DNA from: Alphaproteobacteria bacterium | GTDB taxonomy: Bacteria > Pseudomonadota > Alphaproteobacteria > Rs-D84 | Assembly: GCA_017549445.1 (NCBI GenBank) | Contig: JAFYUU010000015.1 | Span: forward strand, 1 to 56,766 | Length of the DNA stretch: 56,766 nt | Reading direction: 5' to 3' | Shown here: in pieces, positions 22,075-29,828 of the stretch | Numbering within the stretch: position 1 is the stretch's first letter | How the letters are laid out: each line of letters begins with the position of its first letter | The notes under the pieces: model-generated | What the model saw: the letters and a program-made list of their open reading frames with translations, nothing else | What the model was told of the DNA's origin: nothing | Databases searched by the model: none | Position numbers and translations under genes: made by a program

Positions 22075-22707
22075 ATGAAAGCATTTGTAAACTTTTTATC
22101 TGCATTCCGCATTGCATCGGCCTTTGCCATAATCCCAACATTATTATTGGGTTGGTATTGGACATCATTCGTTCTATACGTTCTGGCATCTCTGTCGGAC
22201 TTCTTTGACGGATATCTGGCACGCGAATACAACTGCGTCAGCAAACTGGGCGGTGTAATGGATCATATCGGCGACAAATTATTGGTTGCGAACACATTGA
22301 TTGTCTTGTCAATTGTTTTGGCATTTATCCTGCCTATATTTATCCCTGGCTATCCTGCATGGATAATCATCGTTCCAACAATCTTGATGATTTCCCGTGA
22401 ATTGTATATTTCTGGCCTGCGTGAATTTCTGGGAACCCAGAAAATCGAAATGCCTGTTCCCAAGGCACGTTTTTCCATGGGCAAGATTAAAACAACCCTG
22501 CAAATGGTTGCAACATGTGCATTGCTGTTTTCCCTGTGCATGCCCCAGTTGGTTTTAATTCCACGCATTGAAAAGATTGCAATCTATGGATTTTATGGTT
22601 TGGTATGGGGTGGCACCATCACATTGTGGTTGGCACTGGTGGCCAGCATTTGGTCCGCAACCCAATACACCAAGACATTCTTGGGCCATCTGAAAAAGAT
22701 AAAATAA
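22075..22707 (+). CDS. pgsA: CDP-diacylglycerol--glycerol-3-phosphate 3-phosphatidyltransferase
   Basis: SDFFDGYLAR...GGVMDHIGDK motif, following uvrC. Confidence 0.88.
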   Translation: MKAFVNFLSAFRIASAFAIIPTLLLGWYWTSFVLYVLASLSDFFDGYLAREYNCVSKLGGVMDHIGDKLLVANTLIVLSIVLAFILPIFIPGYPAWIIIVPTILMISRELYISGLREFLGTQKIEMPVPKARFSMGKIKTTLQMVATCALLFSLCMPQLVLIPRIEKIAIYGFYGLVWGGTITLWLALVASIWSATQYTKTFLGHLKKIK

Positions 22708-22713
22708 TTTATC

Positions 22714-22752
22714 CTATACGCAATAAATCCGGCAATCCGCCGGATTTATTTT
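22714..22752 (+). repeat. CTATA-hairpin element (terminator-like), copy 1
   Basis: CTATACGC-AATAAATCCGGC-AATCC-GCCGGATTTATT right after the pgsA stop. Confidence 0.7.
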
Positions 22753-22873
22753 TGCCAAAACAACACCCCGGTTCAACGTGGTGATAAAATCATTAAAGAA
22801 ATATTTTAGATTCATTCAAAACATTACTATGAACCGACCAGAAAAAGAATACATAAAAAAACGTTAAAATGCT

Positions 22874-22907
22874 CTATATGCATAAAAACCGCCACTTGGC
22901 GGTTTTT
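22874..22907 (+). repeat. CTATA-hairpin element, copy 2
   Basis: CTATATGCATAAAAACCGCC-ACTT-GGCGGTTTTT. Confidence 0.8.
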
Positions 22908-22908
22908 T

Positions 22909-23316
22909 TTATTTTTGTTTTACAAAGTTCTGTCTTATATGATTTTGCGTAATATTTTTCATCAAGAACTGATGCTTTTTATCAACAACAATCGTATCGC
23001 CTGGATTCACATATTTCGCACCATCAATTTTATAATTACATGTCTGTCCACGTGTATCCACGGCACGCAACTTATCGCCCTTCATTTCACGTCCCAACAC
23101 CAACAAAGTATCACCTGTATTCGTCCGTGCTGGCAATTCAACACACGTCCCATCACATGGCTCGTATGACGTCTTTTTCAATTCACGTGCATTTTTATTT
23201 ACAGGATTTGCCCGCACCATACCCACGGCCACACCACCTGCAATCCCCATACACATCATTACAACCACCATAAAACACACAACATCCCTATCACAATTTT
23301 TCAACCAATCTTTCAT
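22909..23316 (-). CDS. Hypothetical membrane-anchored protein, family A
   Basis: N-terminal TM, PGDTIVVD motif and ...KNITQN..FVKQK end. Confidence 0.75.
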   Translation of the reverse strand: MKDWLKNCDRDVVCFMVVVMMCMGIAGGVAVGMVRANPVNKNARELKKTSYEPCDGTCVELPARTNTGDTLLVLGREMKGDKLRAVDTRGQTCNYKIDGAKYVNPGDTIVVDKKHQFLMKNITQNHIRQNFVKQK

Positions 23317-23325
23317 TTTTTATTC

Positions 23326-23712
23326 CTATTTTTGTCTTTGCATAAATATTGCTTCTTTATTTAACGTCAGGTTTTCATAAACCGAAAAAACGTGCATCCC
23401 CAATAATTTACGATTTCTAAAATCTACGACGACATCATCACCTGGCCGTGGCATTGGCATCCCCGCAGGTACAGACAAAACATCTGTCGAAACACCAAAG
23501 TTTTTTCCACCCCGTGTCACCATATAAAGATTATGTGCATCCGAACGCACCACCCGAACAGTATCTTTTTTATCAATCGGCACAGCACTTTTTATTTGTT
23601 CTACATTGTCTTTTTGTGTCATCACCGCACAGCCACGCAACACCCCAAACATAACCAGCATCGTCAACACAGAATCCAACGTTATACGTCCCATTGATTT
23701 TCTAGTCGCCAT
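23326..23712 (-). CDS. Hypothetical membrane-anchored protein, family A
   Basis: N-terminal TM, PGDDVVVD motif and ...ENLTLN..FMQRQK end. Confidence 0.75.
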   Translation of the reverse strand: MATRKSMGRITLDSVLTMLVMFGVLRGCAVMTQKDNVEQIKSAVPIDKKDTVRVVRSDAHNLYMVTRGGKNFGVSTDVLSVPAGMPMPRPGDDVVVDFRNRKLLGMHVFSVYENLTLNKEAIFMQRQK

Positions 23713-23799
23713 TTAATTTATCCCTTTGTATGCTTTCATCATAACACTTATAAATAAAACTGCAACAAAAATCCCATGATTTGTGGGACTTTCAATTTA

Positions 23800-24933
23800 T
23801 CAGAACCACCCCTTTTTATCACTTTTCGTCTCGGCAAATTCGGCCAGTATTTTCTTTTGCTTGTCTGTCAGTTTTGTTGGCACACGCACCGCAACATCTA
23901 TGTATAAATCGCCGAACGTTCCACTACGTCTTCCCGATGGCATACCATGCCCACGCACACGCAACTTTTCACCAACCTGCGTTCCGCTTGGCACTTTGAC
24001 AGATAATTTTTTATCATCGATTGTTTCAACTTCAATCTCGCCCCCCAATGTCAGTGTCGTGAACGGCACATCCATACGCATAATCAGATCTGCCCCCTGA
24101 CGCACGAACCGTTTATCTGGTCTGACCCGAATATCCAAATAGAAATCTCCTGCGGGCCCGCCACTCAAACCTGCCTCACCCTGTCCGGCCAGACGCAAAC
24201 GAGTTCCATCTTCGACCCCTGCTGGGATTTTTACCTCTATTGTCCGATGCTTGTGCTGCACACCACTGCCATCACACTCGGAACACTTTTTATCGATTTT
24301 ATGCCCCAAGCCATTGCATTCTGGACACGGTTGCTCGACTGCAAAGAACCCCTGCCGTGCATGCACAACACCTGCCCCACCACATTTTGGACAAACAGGT
24401 GCCGCTTTACCATCGGCTGTTCCATATCCGTGACACTTTTCACATTGAACATTGCTTGAAAATTTAACGGTATGCGTTTTACCAAAGAACGCATCTTTCA
24501 GATCTATTACCACCTCGTCCAGCAAATCTCGCCCTGCCCTTTGTGCATTTGCATTGCGACCACCAGACGGCCCACCAAATCCGCCAAAACCAAATCCACG
24601 CATTGCCTCTCTTAAAATATCCTCCATTCCACCGGCACCGCCCATATCAAAGTGGAACGCCCCATTTCCGAACGGATTGCCACCGAACCCTGCCCCAGAT
24701 GCATTACCACCTGCAAATGCAGCATCGCCGAACCTGTCGTATGCGGCACGTTTTTGTGGATCTTTCAAGATATCAAACGCATTATTTACTTCCTTGAACT
24801 TTTCTTCTGCACTTTTATCATCAGGATTTCTATCTGGGTGATACTTCATAACCAACTTGTGATATGCCTTTTTAATATCTGCATCGGACGCATCACGTGC
24901 GACCCCCAGAACTTCGTACGGATTTTTATTCAT
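23800..24933 (-). CDS. dnaJ: Chaperone DnaJ
   Basis: J domain with HPD, G/F region and four CxxCxGxG repeats. Start moved to MNKNPY. Confidence 0.96.
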   Translation of the reverse strand: MNKNPYEVLGVARDASDADIKKAYHKLVMKYHPDRNPDDKSAEEKFKEVNNAFDILKDPQKRAAYDRFGDAAFAGGNASGAGFGGNPFGNGAFHFDMGGAGGMEDILREAMRGFGFGGFGGPSGGRNANAQRAGRDLLDEVVIDLKDAFFGKTHTVKFSSNVQCEKCHGYGTADGKAAPVCPKCGGAGVVHARQGFFAVEQPCPECNGLGHKIDKKCSECDGSGVQHKHRTIEVKIPAGVEDGTRLRLAGQGEAGLSGGPAGDFYLDIRVRPDKRFVRQGADLIMRMDVPFTTLTLGGEIEVETIDDKKLSVKVPSGTQVGEKLRVRGHGMPSGRRSGTFGDLYIDVAVRVPTKLTDKQKKILAEFAETKSDKKGWF

Positions 24934-25066
24934 TTTATAATTCCCATATTTTTTCGTTATAGATGATATAGGCCCCAACCACAAAAAATCAAGCCCCGAA
25001 TAACATTTAGGGTTAAATTCTTTGGGCTTGCGAAAAAATTAAAAATGTTCTAATAATAAAGGCATT

Positions 25067-27046
25067 ATGACAGAGAAAAATACACATACATACGACGCAT
25101 CAGACATCCAGGTATTAGAAGGACTTGAACCCGTTCGTCTTCGTCCTGGGATGTATATTGGTGGCACTGATGAAAAGGCATGGCATCACCTGCCGATTGA
25201 AATCATGGACAATTCAATTGACGAAGCGGTTGCTGGTTTTGCCAAGAAAATAACGGTTCATTTAATTGATTCCAAAACGATTGAGATTGCCGATGACGGC
25301 CGTGGTATCCCCGTGGACGAGCATCCAAAATACCCTGGCAAATCTGCGTTAGAGGTTATTTTAACCACCCTTCATTCTGGTGGTAAATTTAACAACAACG
25401 TTTATAAAACCAGTGGCGGTCTGCACGGTGTTGGATCTGCGGTTGTAAATGCCCTGTCATCTGAAATGGTGGTTGACATTGCCCGTGACGGCTACAACTG
25501 GCACCAGACCTTTTCTCGTGGTCTGGTGACATCACCAATGCAACGTGGTGAATCCACAAACAGACACGGCACAAAAATCCGCTTTACCATTGACGACCAA
25601 ATATTCGGTGCAAATGCGGTGTTCAAGCCGGTCAAGATTTATCGCATGGCCCGTGCCAAGGCATTTTTATCCCGTGGTGTAAAAATTGAATGGCACTGCA
25701 ACCCAGACCTGCTGACCGAAGACATGGGCATCCCAGCCAGCACGACATTCCACTATCCAAACGGTGTTGCGGACTTTTTGGCAGAAAAAACGGATTCCAA
25801 GCCAAAAATACTGCCCCGTATATTCAGTGGCACTGTTGACTTTCCTGATGATTCTGGCCGTGTTGAATGGGCATTGACATTCTTGACCGATGAAAATGGG
25901 GCCGCATCAGACGATGGATTTTTCTCGTCTTATTGTAATACGATTGCAACCATTGACGGTGGCACACACGAAACCGGATTCAAGTCCGCCATAACCAAGG
26001 GAATCAAGGCATACGGAGACAAGGTAAATAATAAATCTGCCCAAACAATCATCGGCGAAGACGTTTTTGATTCTGTCTGTGCAATTGTATCGGTATTTTA
26101 CAAAACGCCCCAGTTTTTGGGTCAGACCAAGGAAAAATTATCCAACCCCGAAATTGCTCGCTATACAGAAAATGCCCTGCGTGACCCGTGGGAAATGTTT
26201 TTGGCATCTGATCCCAAGACGGCGAACGCCCTGCTGGACTTTGTAATAAATCTAGCAAATGCCCGCATTAAAACGAAACAGGTCAAAGACGTTGCCCGTA
26301 AAACCCCGACCAAGCGAATTCGTATGCCTGCGAAATTGGCGGACTGTTCCAAGCATGGCATCGAAGGCACAGAATTATTCATAGTCGAAGGGGAATCTGC
26401 AGGCGGAACCGCAAAACAGGCCCGTGATCGTGCAACCCAGGCAATTATGCCCCTTCGTGGCAAGGTTCTAAACGTTATCTCTAATTCTGACGAACGATTT
26501 GGTGCCAACAAAGAATTAAATGAACTGATTGACATTATTGGTGCAGGCACAGCCCGTGACTGGAACGAAGACAAATTGCGTTATGAAAAAATCATTGTCA
26601 TGACCGATGCTGACGTTGACGGCAGTCACATTGCATCTCTACTGATGGCATTTTTCTATCAATTCATGCCCCAGTTGATTTATGGTGGCCACCTGTATTT
26701 ATCCTGTCCACCATTGTATAAATTGACCTGTGGGACCGAATCGATATACGTTGACACAGACGAAGAACTGGAAAACTTAAAGGCGACAAAATATAAAAAT
26801 AAAAAGGTTGAAATTTCTCGATTCAAGGGTCTTGGTGAAATGATGCCGAACCAGTTAAAAGAAACCACCATGTCGCCCAAGACCCGTCGTTTAATCCGTG
26901 TTGACCTGCCCCCACGCACCGAAGAAGGGGCCGAAGACACTGAAAAAACCCGCACAATCGTGTCGGAATTGATGGGTAAAAAACCTGAATTTCGTTTCAA
27001 GTTTATTACCGAACATGCCCAGTTTGTCAAAGACCTGTTTGTGTAA
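25067..27046 (+). CDS. parE: DNA topoisomerase IV subunit B
   Basis: VLEGLEPVRLRPGMYIG, GGLHGVG, VEGESAGG and MTDADVDG motifs. 659 aa, alphaproteobacterial ParE style. Confidence 0.85.
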   Translation: MTEKNTHTYDASDIQVLEGLEPVRLRPGMYIGGTDEKAWHHLPIEIMDNSIDEAVAGFAKKITVHLIDSKTIEIADDGRGIPVDEHPKYPGKSALEVILTTLHSGGKFNNNVYKTSGGLHGVGSAVVNALSSEMVVDIARDGYNWHQTFSRGLVTSPMQRGESTNRHGTKIRFTIDDQIFGANAVFKPVKIYRMARAKAFLSRGVKIEWHCNPDLLTEDMGIPASTTFHYPNGVADFLAEKTDSKPKILPRIFSGTVDFPDDSGRVEWALTFLTDENGAASDDGFFSSYCNTIATIDGGTHETGFKSAITKGIKAYGDKVNNKSAQTIIGEDVFDSVCAIVSVFYKTPQFLGQTKEKLSNPEIARYTENALRDPWEMFLASDPKTANALLDFVINLANARIKTKQVKDVARKTPTKRIRMPAKLADCSKHGIEGTELFIVEGESAGGTAKQARDRATQAIMPLRGKVLNVISNSDERFGANKELNELIDIIGAGTARDWNEDKLRYEKIIVMTDADVDGSHIASLLMAFFYQFMPQLIYGGHLYLSCPPLYKLTCGTESIYVDTDEELENLKATKYKNKKVEISRFKGLGEMMPNQLKETTMSPKTRRLIRVDLPPRTEEGAEDTEKTRTIVSELMGKKPEFRFKFITEHAQFVKDLFV

Positions 27047-27056
27047 AAAAACGCAC

Positions 27057-27097
27057 CTATACGCATAAAAACCGGCCCCGTGTCGGTTTTTTTATGC
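27057..27097 (+). repeat. CTATA-hairpin element, copy 3
   Basis: CTATACGCATAAAAACCGGC-CCCGT-GTCGGTTTTTTTATGC after the parE stop. Confidence 0.8.
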
Positions 27098-27103
27098 AAG
27101 CCA

Positions 27104-27131
27104 TTGACAACACAACTTTTTGTCCTATAAT
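27104..27131 (+). promoter_or_regulatory. Consensus sigma70 promoter
   Basis: Exact TTGACA-N16-TATAAT. Confidence 0.75.
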
Positions 27132-27167
27132 AACAACAGAAAAAATTACAACCCAAGGGGGATAACA

Positions 27168-27659
27168 ATGAACATATTTAACAAAAAAACAACCACAAGT
27201 CAGGCAACGGTCGAACCTGTAAAAACCGTCAACCCTGTCCGCATCAGCACAAAAAAGAAAAACACATACGTAATTGGTTTTTCACCTTTTTACGATTCAA
27301 CACTTTTTTCTTTGTGTGCCAAGACACCATTGGAAATTGCAAAAACCAACGGCATCAAAGCAGAACCTCAGGCCTTTGCCCATTTAACCCAATTTCCAAA
27401 TCCTTTTGCGTGCCAGATGCACCACTTTTATACAATCGCATCTGAATCAGACAAAAAGATTGCATCAACGATTATTGAATACCTGGACAAAGAAACAGGC
27501 ACACCTGTTGCCCAATTGTATCCAAACGGTCTGCATCTGTTTGTTGGCAATCAGAAAACATTTACTGATCGTTTAAATCATGCCTCACGTCGTGATTTGG
27601 CATATCAAATCAAACAGCGTCAGGAATTTATGAACCGCCTGAACGCCATGCAAAGATAA
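27168..27659 (+). CDS. Hypothetical protein
   Basis: AAGGGGGA RBS before ATG 27168, ends NAMQR, flanked by promoter and terminator. Confidence 0.75.
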   Translation: MNIFNKKTTTSQATVEPVKTVNPVRISTKKKNTYVIGFSPFYDSTLFSLCAKTPLEIAKTNGIKAEPQAFAHLTQFPNPFACQMHHFYTIASESDKKIASTIIEYLDKETGTPVAQLYPNGLHLFVGNQKTFTDRLNHASRRDLAYQIKQRQEFMNRLNAMQR

Positions 27660-27674
27660 AGAACAAAAAACGTT

Positions 27675-27708
27675 CTATACGCATAAAAACCGCCATTTGG
27701 CGGTTTTT
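27675..27708 (+). repeat. CTATA-hairpin element, copy 4
   Basis: CTATACGCATAAAAACCGCC-ATTT-GGCGGTTTTT between convergent genes. Confidence 0.8.
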
Positions 27709-27709
27709 A

Positions 27710-28402
27710 TTATCTGCTTTTTGCATACTCGGAATAAAACGGTGCCCCTTCCCCCAGCAACAGCGACCTCAACCAGATACGGGCCCCACTTTCAAGTGTA
27801 TCGGCATCCGCACACACATGCCTTTGACAATTGGGGCTCACCCCGACCCACTTTTCTGGCACAGGCAAAATATTTCCCGTTGCAATATCACGACAAACAA
27901 TTGTTCCTGCAACCGCTATTCTGCCACCAGAACCGACACTTGTATTTTTTCTTATCAATATCGGTTTGCCAACACCATGAAAATTTTTATCAGGAACCGA
28001 CGTCACCACAGATGCAACAACTTCCAGATTCATATAAGCCAACTGTTCATTCACAAACTTTTTTACTTTCTCTGCTTCATTCAGCACTCTTGCAAAAGAA
28101 CTTTCTGCCAGTCCTTGAAACAATTCAACACTGTATCGTTTTTTATCAAAATCAAACCAAACAATTTTATCCGCCCGCTTTCCAAACAATTGCTTTATTT
28201 TATCAGCACTCAACACTTCCCGGTCTGCACCCTGTGCGGTTTTACCCAGATTTACATCCACTGTTCTATCCACCGCCAATTTCGCATTCTGCAACAAAGA
28301 AATTGCCTGCCTTAACGTTCCTTTGTTTGTCCAATGTGGCTGAACCTGTTTCAATAATTTCAATGCCTGTTCATAATCATCAGATTTGATTTCATAATGC
28401 AT
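27710..28402 (-). CDS. Hypothetical protein, family B
   Basis: 230 aa with WFDFD and GTIVCRDIATGNILP motifs, ending YAKSR. Confidence 0.75.
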   Translation of the reverse strand: MHYEIKSDDYEQALKLLKQVQPHWTNKGTLRQAISLLQNAKLAVDRTVDVNLGKTAQGADREVLSADKIKQLFGKRADKIVWFDFDKKRYSVELFQGLAESSFARVLNEAEKVKKFVNEQLAYMNLEVVASVVTSVPDKNFHGVGKPILIRKNTSVGSGGRIAVAGTIVCRDIATGNILPVPEKWVGVSPNCQRHVCADADTLESGARIWLRSLLLGEGAPFYSEYAKSR

Positions 28403-28762
28403 TTATCGTCCCTTTACAAATTGTTTTGCGATTCGATTTTGTGTTAAATTTTCAACAATTTTGGATTTTTGATTTTGCAAATCCATAACAATCGTATCCC
28501 CTGGATTTGGGATATTTTTGCACTGGGGGATATATTCATAGTGATAAACTTTTTCACCTGTTTTACTGACCCCAGTCATATGCATATCTTCATGTGACGC
28601 CCCCACCCCCATCACCAAAACTGTATCCAGTTTTGTATTCTGCCCAGGGGCCGGAACGTCATCAAATTTTTCAGCAAAAGCCACAAGGCATACAGACATA
28701 CCAAACCCCACCACACACGTAATCCCCAGTGGTAAAAACTCTGTCCATTTGCCCTCTTTCAT
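28403..28762 (-). CDS. Hypothetical membrane-anchored protein, family A
   Basis: N-terminal TM, PGDTIVMD motif and ENLTQN..FVKGR end. Confidence 0.75.
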   Translation of the reverse strand: MKEGKWTEFLPLGITCVVGFGMSVCLVAFAEKFDDVPAPGQNTKLDTVLVMGVGASHEDMHMTGVSKTGEKVYHYEYIPQCKNIPNPGDTIVMDLQNQKSKIVENLTQNRIAKQFVKGR

Positions 28763-28763
28763 A

Positions 28764-29576
28764 TTATTTTACCTTTTTGCTATATTGTCCCAACAGGGCC
28801 TCGCCCGCACTCTGATAGTTATTCAGCAAATTCAGGAACGACCGCATGGCATACTTTTCATAAACATCCATTCTGCCTTCATAACTGCTCTCATAAACTC
28901 CCTTGTCTGCCATCGGCACAATTTTACCAGTTTTCATATCACGACAAATCACATTTCCAATTGCATGACCGGCCCCATTGCAATGTCTAATGTTATTTTC
29001 ATCTGGCATTGGACACAGTGCCCCATATTTTGCCTGACTTCCCCAGACATCAAGTGCGGTCACCACAACAAAGCCGGCAATTTCCAAACCAATATCCTTA
29101 AATCCTGGTTCCATTTTCTGATAAACCTTGTCTGCCAGCAAAATCAGCCCAGAATTTTCCATTTTTTCATTAAACCCACGTCGCACGACCATGGTCGTTG
29201 CCTTGGGTGTATCAAATTCATACCAGGTCACATTTCCAGCACAATATTCGGGACATTTGACCAAATCATTTACCATACTCTGCCCAGAAATCTTTTCTCT
29301 TTTCTTGCCATTTGGCATAATACTGCTTCGTCCATCACAGAACAAATTTGTCATAGGCAGTTTCAATTTATCCCAAACCAACACATTATAATCCAAAATC
29401 CATTTTGCAGGCACATGATAAAAAACGTCTTTTTTCACATTGATAATTTTTTTTGCAATTTCTTTGGCCTTGGCCCAATTCTTATCAGACATACTAACCT
29501 TTGCATCTGTGCGTGCGACCAAATTTCTAAAATTATCCATTGTTGCTTCATCAATTTTACAATAAACACCTTGCAT
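28764..29576 (-). CDS. Hypothetical protein, family B
   Basis: Start moved to MQGVYCK (AAGGA RBS). WYEFD and GNVICRDMKTGKIVP motifs, ending YSKKVK. Confidence 0.75.
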   Translation of the reverse strand: MQGVYCKIDEATMDNFRNLVARTDAKVSMSDKNWAKAKEIAKKIINVKKDVFYHVPAKWILDYNVLVWDKLKLPMTNLFCDGRSSIMPNGKKREKISGQSMVNDLVKCPEYCAGNVTWYEFDTPKATTMVVRRGFNEKMENSGLILLADKVYQKMEPGFKDIGLEIAGFVVVTALDVWGSQAKYGALCPMPDENNIRHCNGAGHAIGNVICRDMKTGKIVPMADKGVYESSYEGRMDVYEKYAMRSFLNLLNNYQSAGEALLGQYSKKVK

Positions 29577-29653
29577 AAGAAATCCTTTTTTGTTGTCTAA
29601 AACAAATATAGACCACAAAGCACCTACATGCAATAAAAATATTCTTATTCCTT

Positions 29654-29760
29654 TGTCATTCCCGCACCGGCGGGAACAGGGTCTCTAAACCATTATCACC
29701 CACCCCACCAATTCTTGACTCTTCCCCCCTGTCATTGCGAGCGATAGCGTGGCAATCCAG
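29654..29760 (+). repeat. Two REP/RPE-like palindromic elements
   Basis: TGTCATTCCCGC-ACCG-GCGGGAA (29654-29676) and TGTCATTGCGAGCGATAGCGTGGCAATCCAG (29730-29760). Confidence 0.55.
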
Positions 29761-29788
29761 TAAATTCTATTATTTTCACCAAAAAAAC

Positions 29789-29812
29789 AAATCCCGCCTT
29801 TCGGCGGGATTT
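29789..29812 (-). terminator. Terminator
   Basis: AAATCCCGCC-TTTC-GGCGGGATTT. Confidence 0.75.
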
Positions 29813-29828
29813 ACGTCTTCCTCATCTT

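Noticed and set aside
22714-29760. Integron cassette array
   Set aside because: No intI gene is present, the hairpins lack the RYYYAAC/GTTRRRY attC cores, and gene orientations are mixed.
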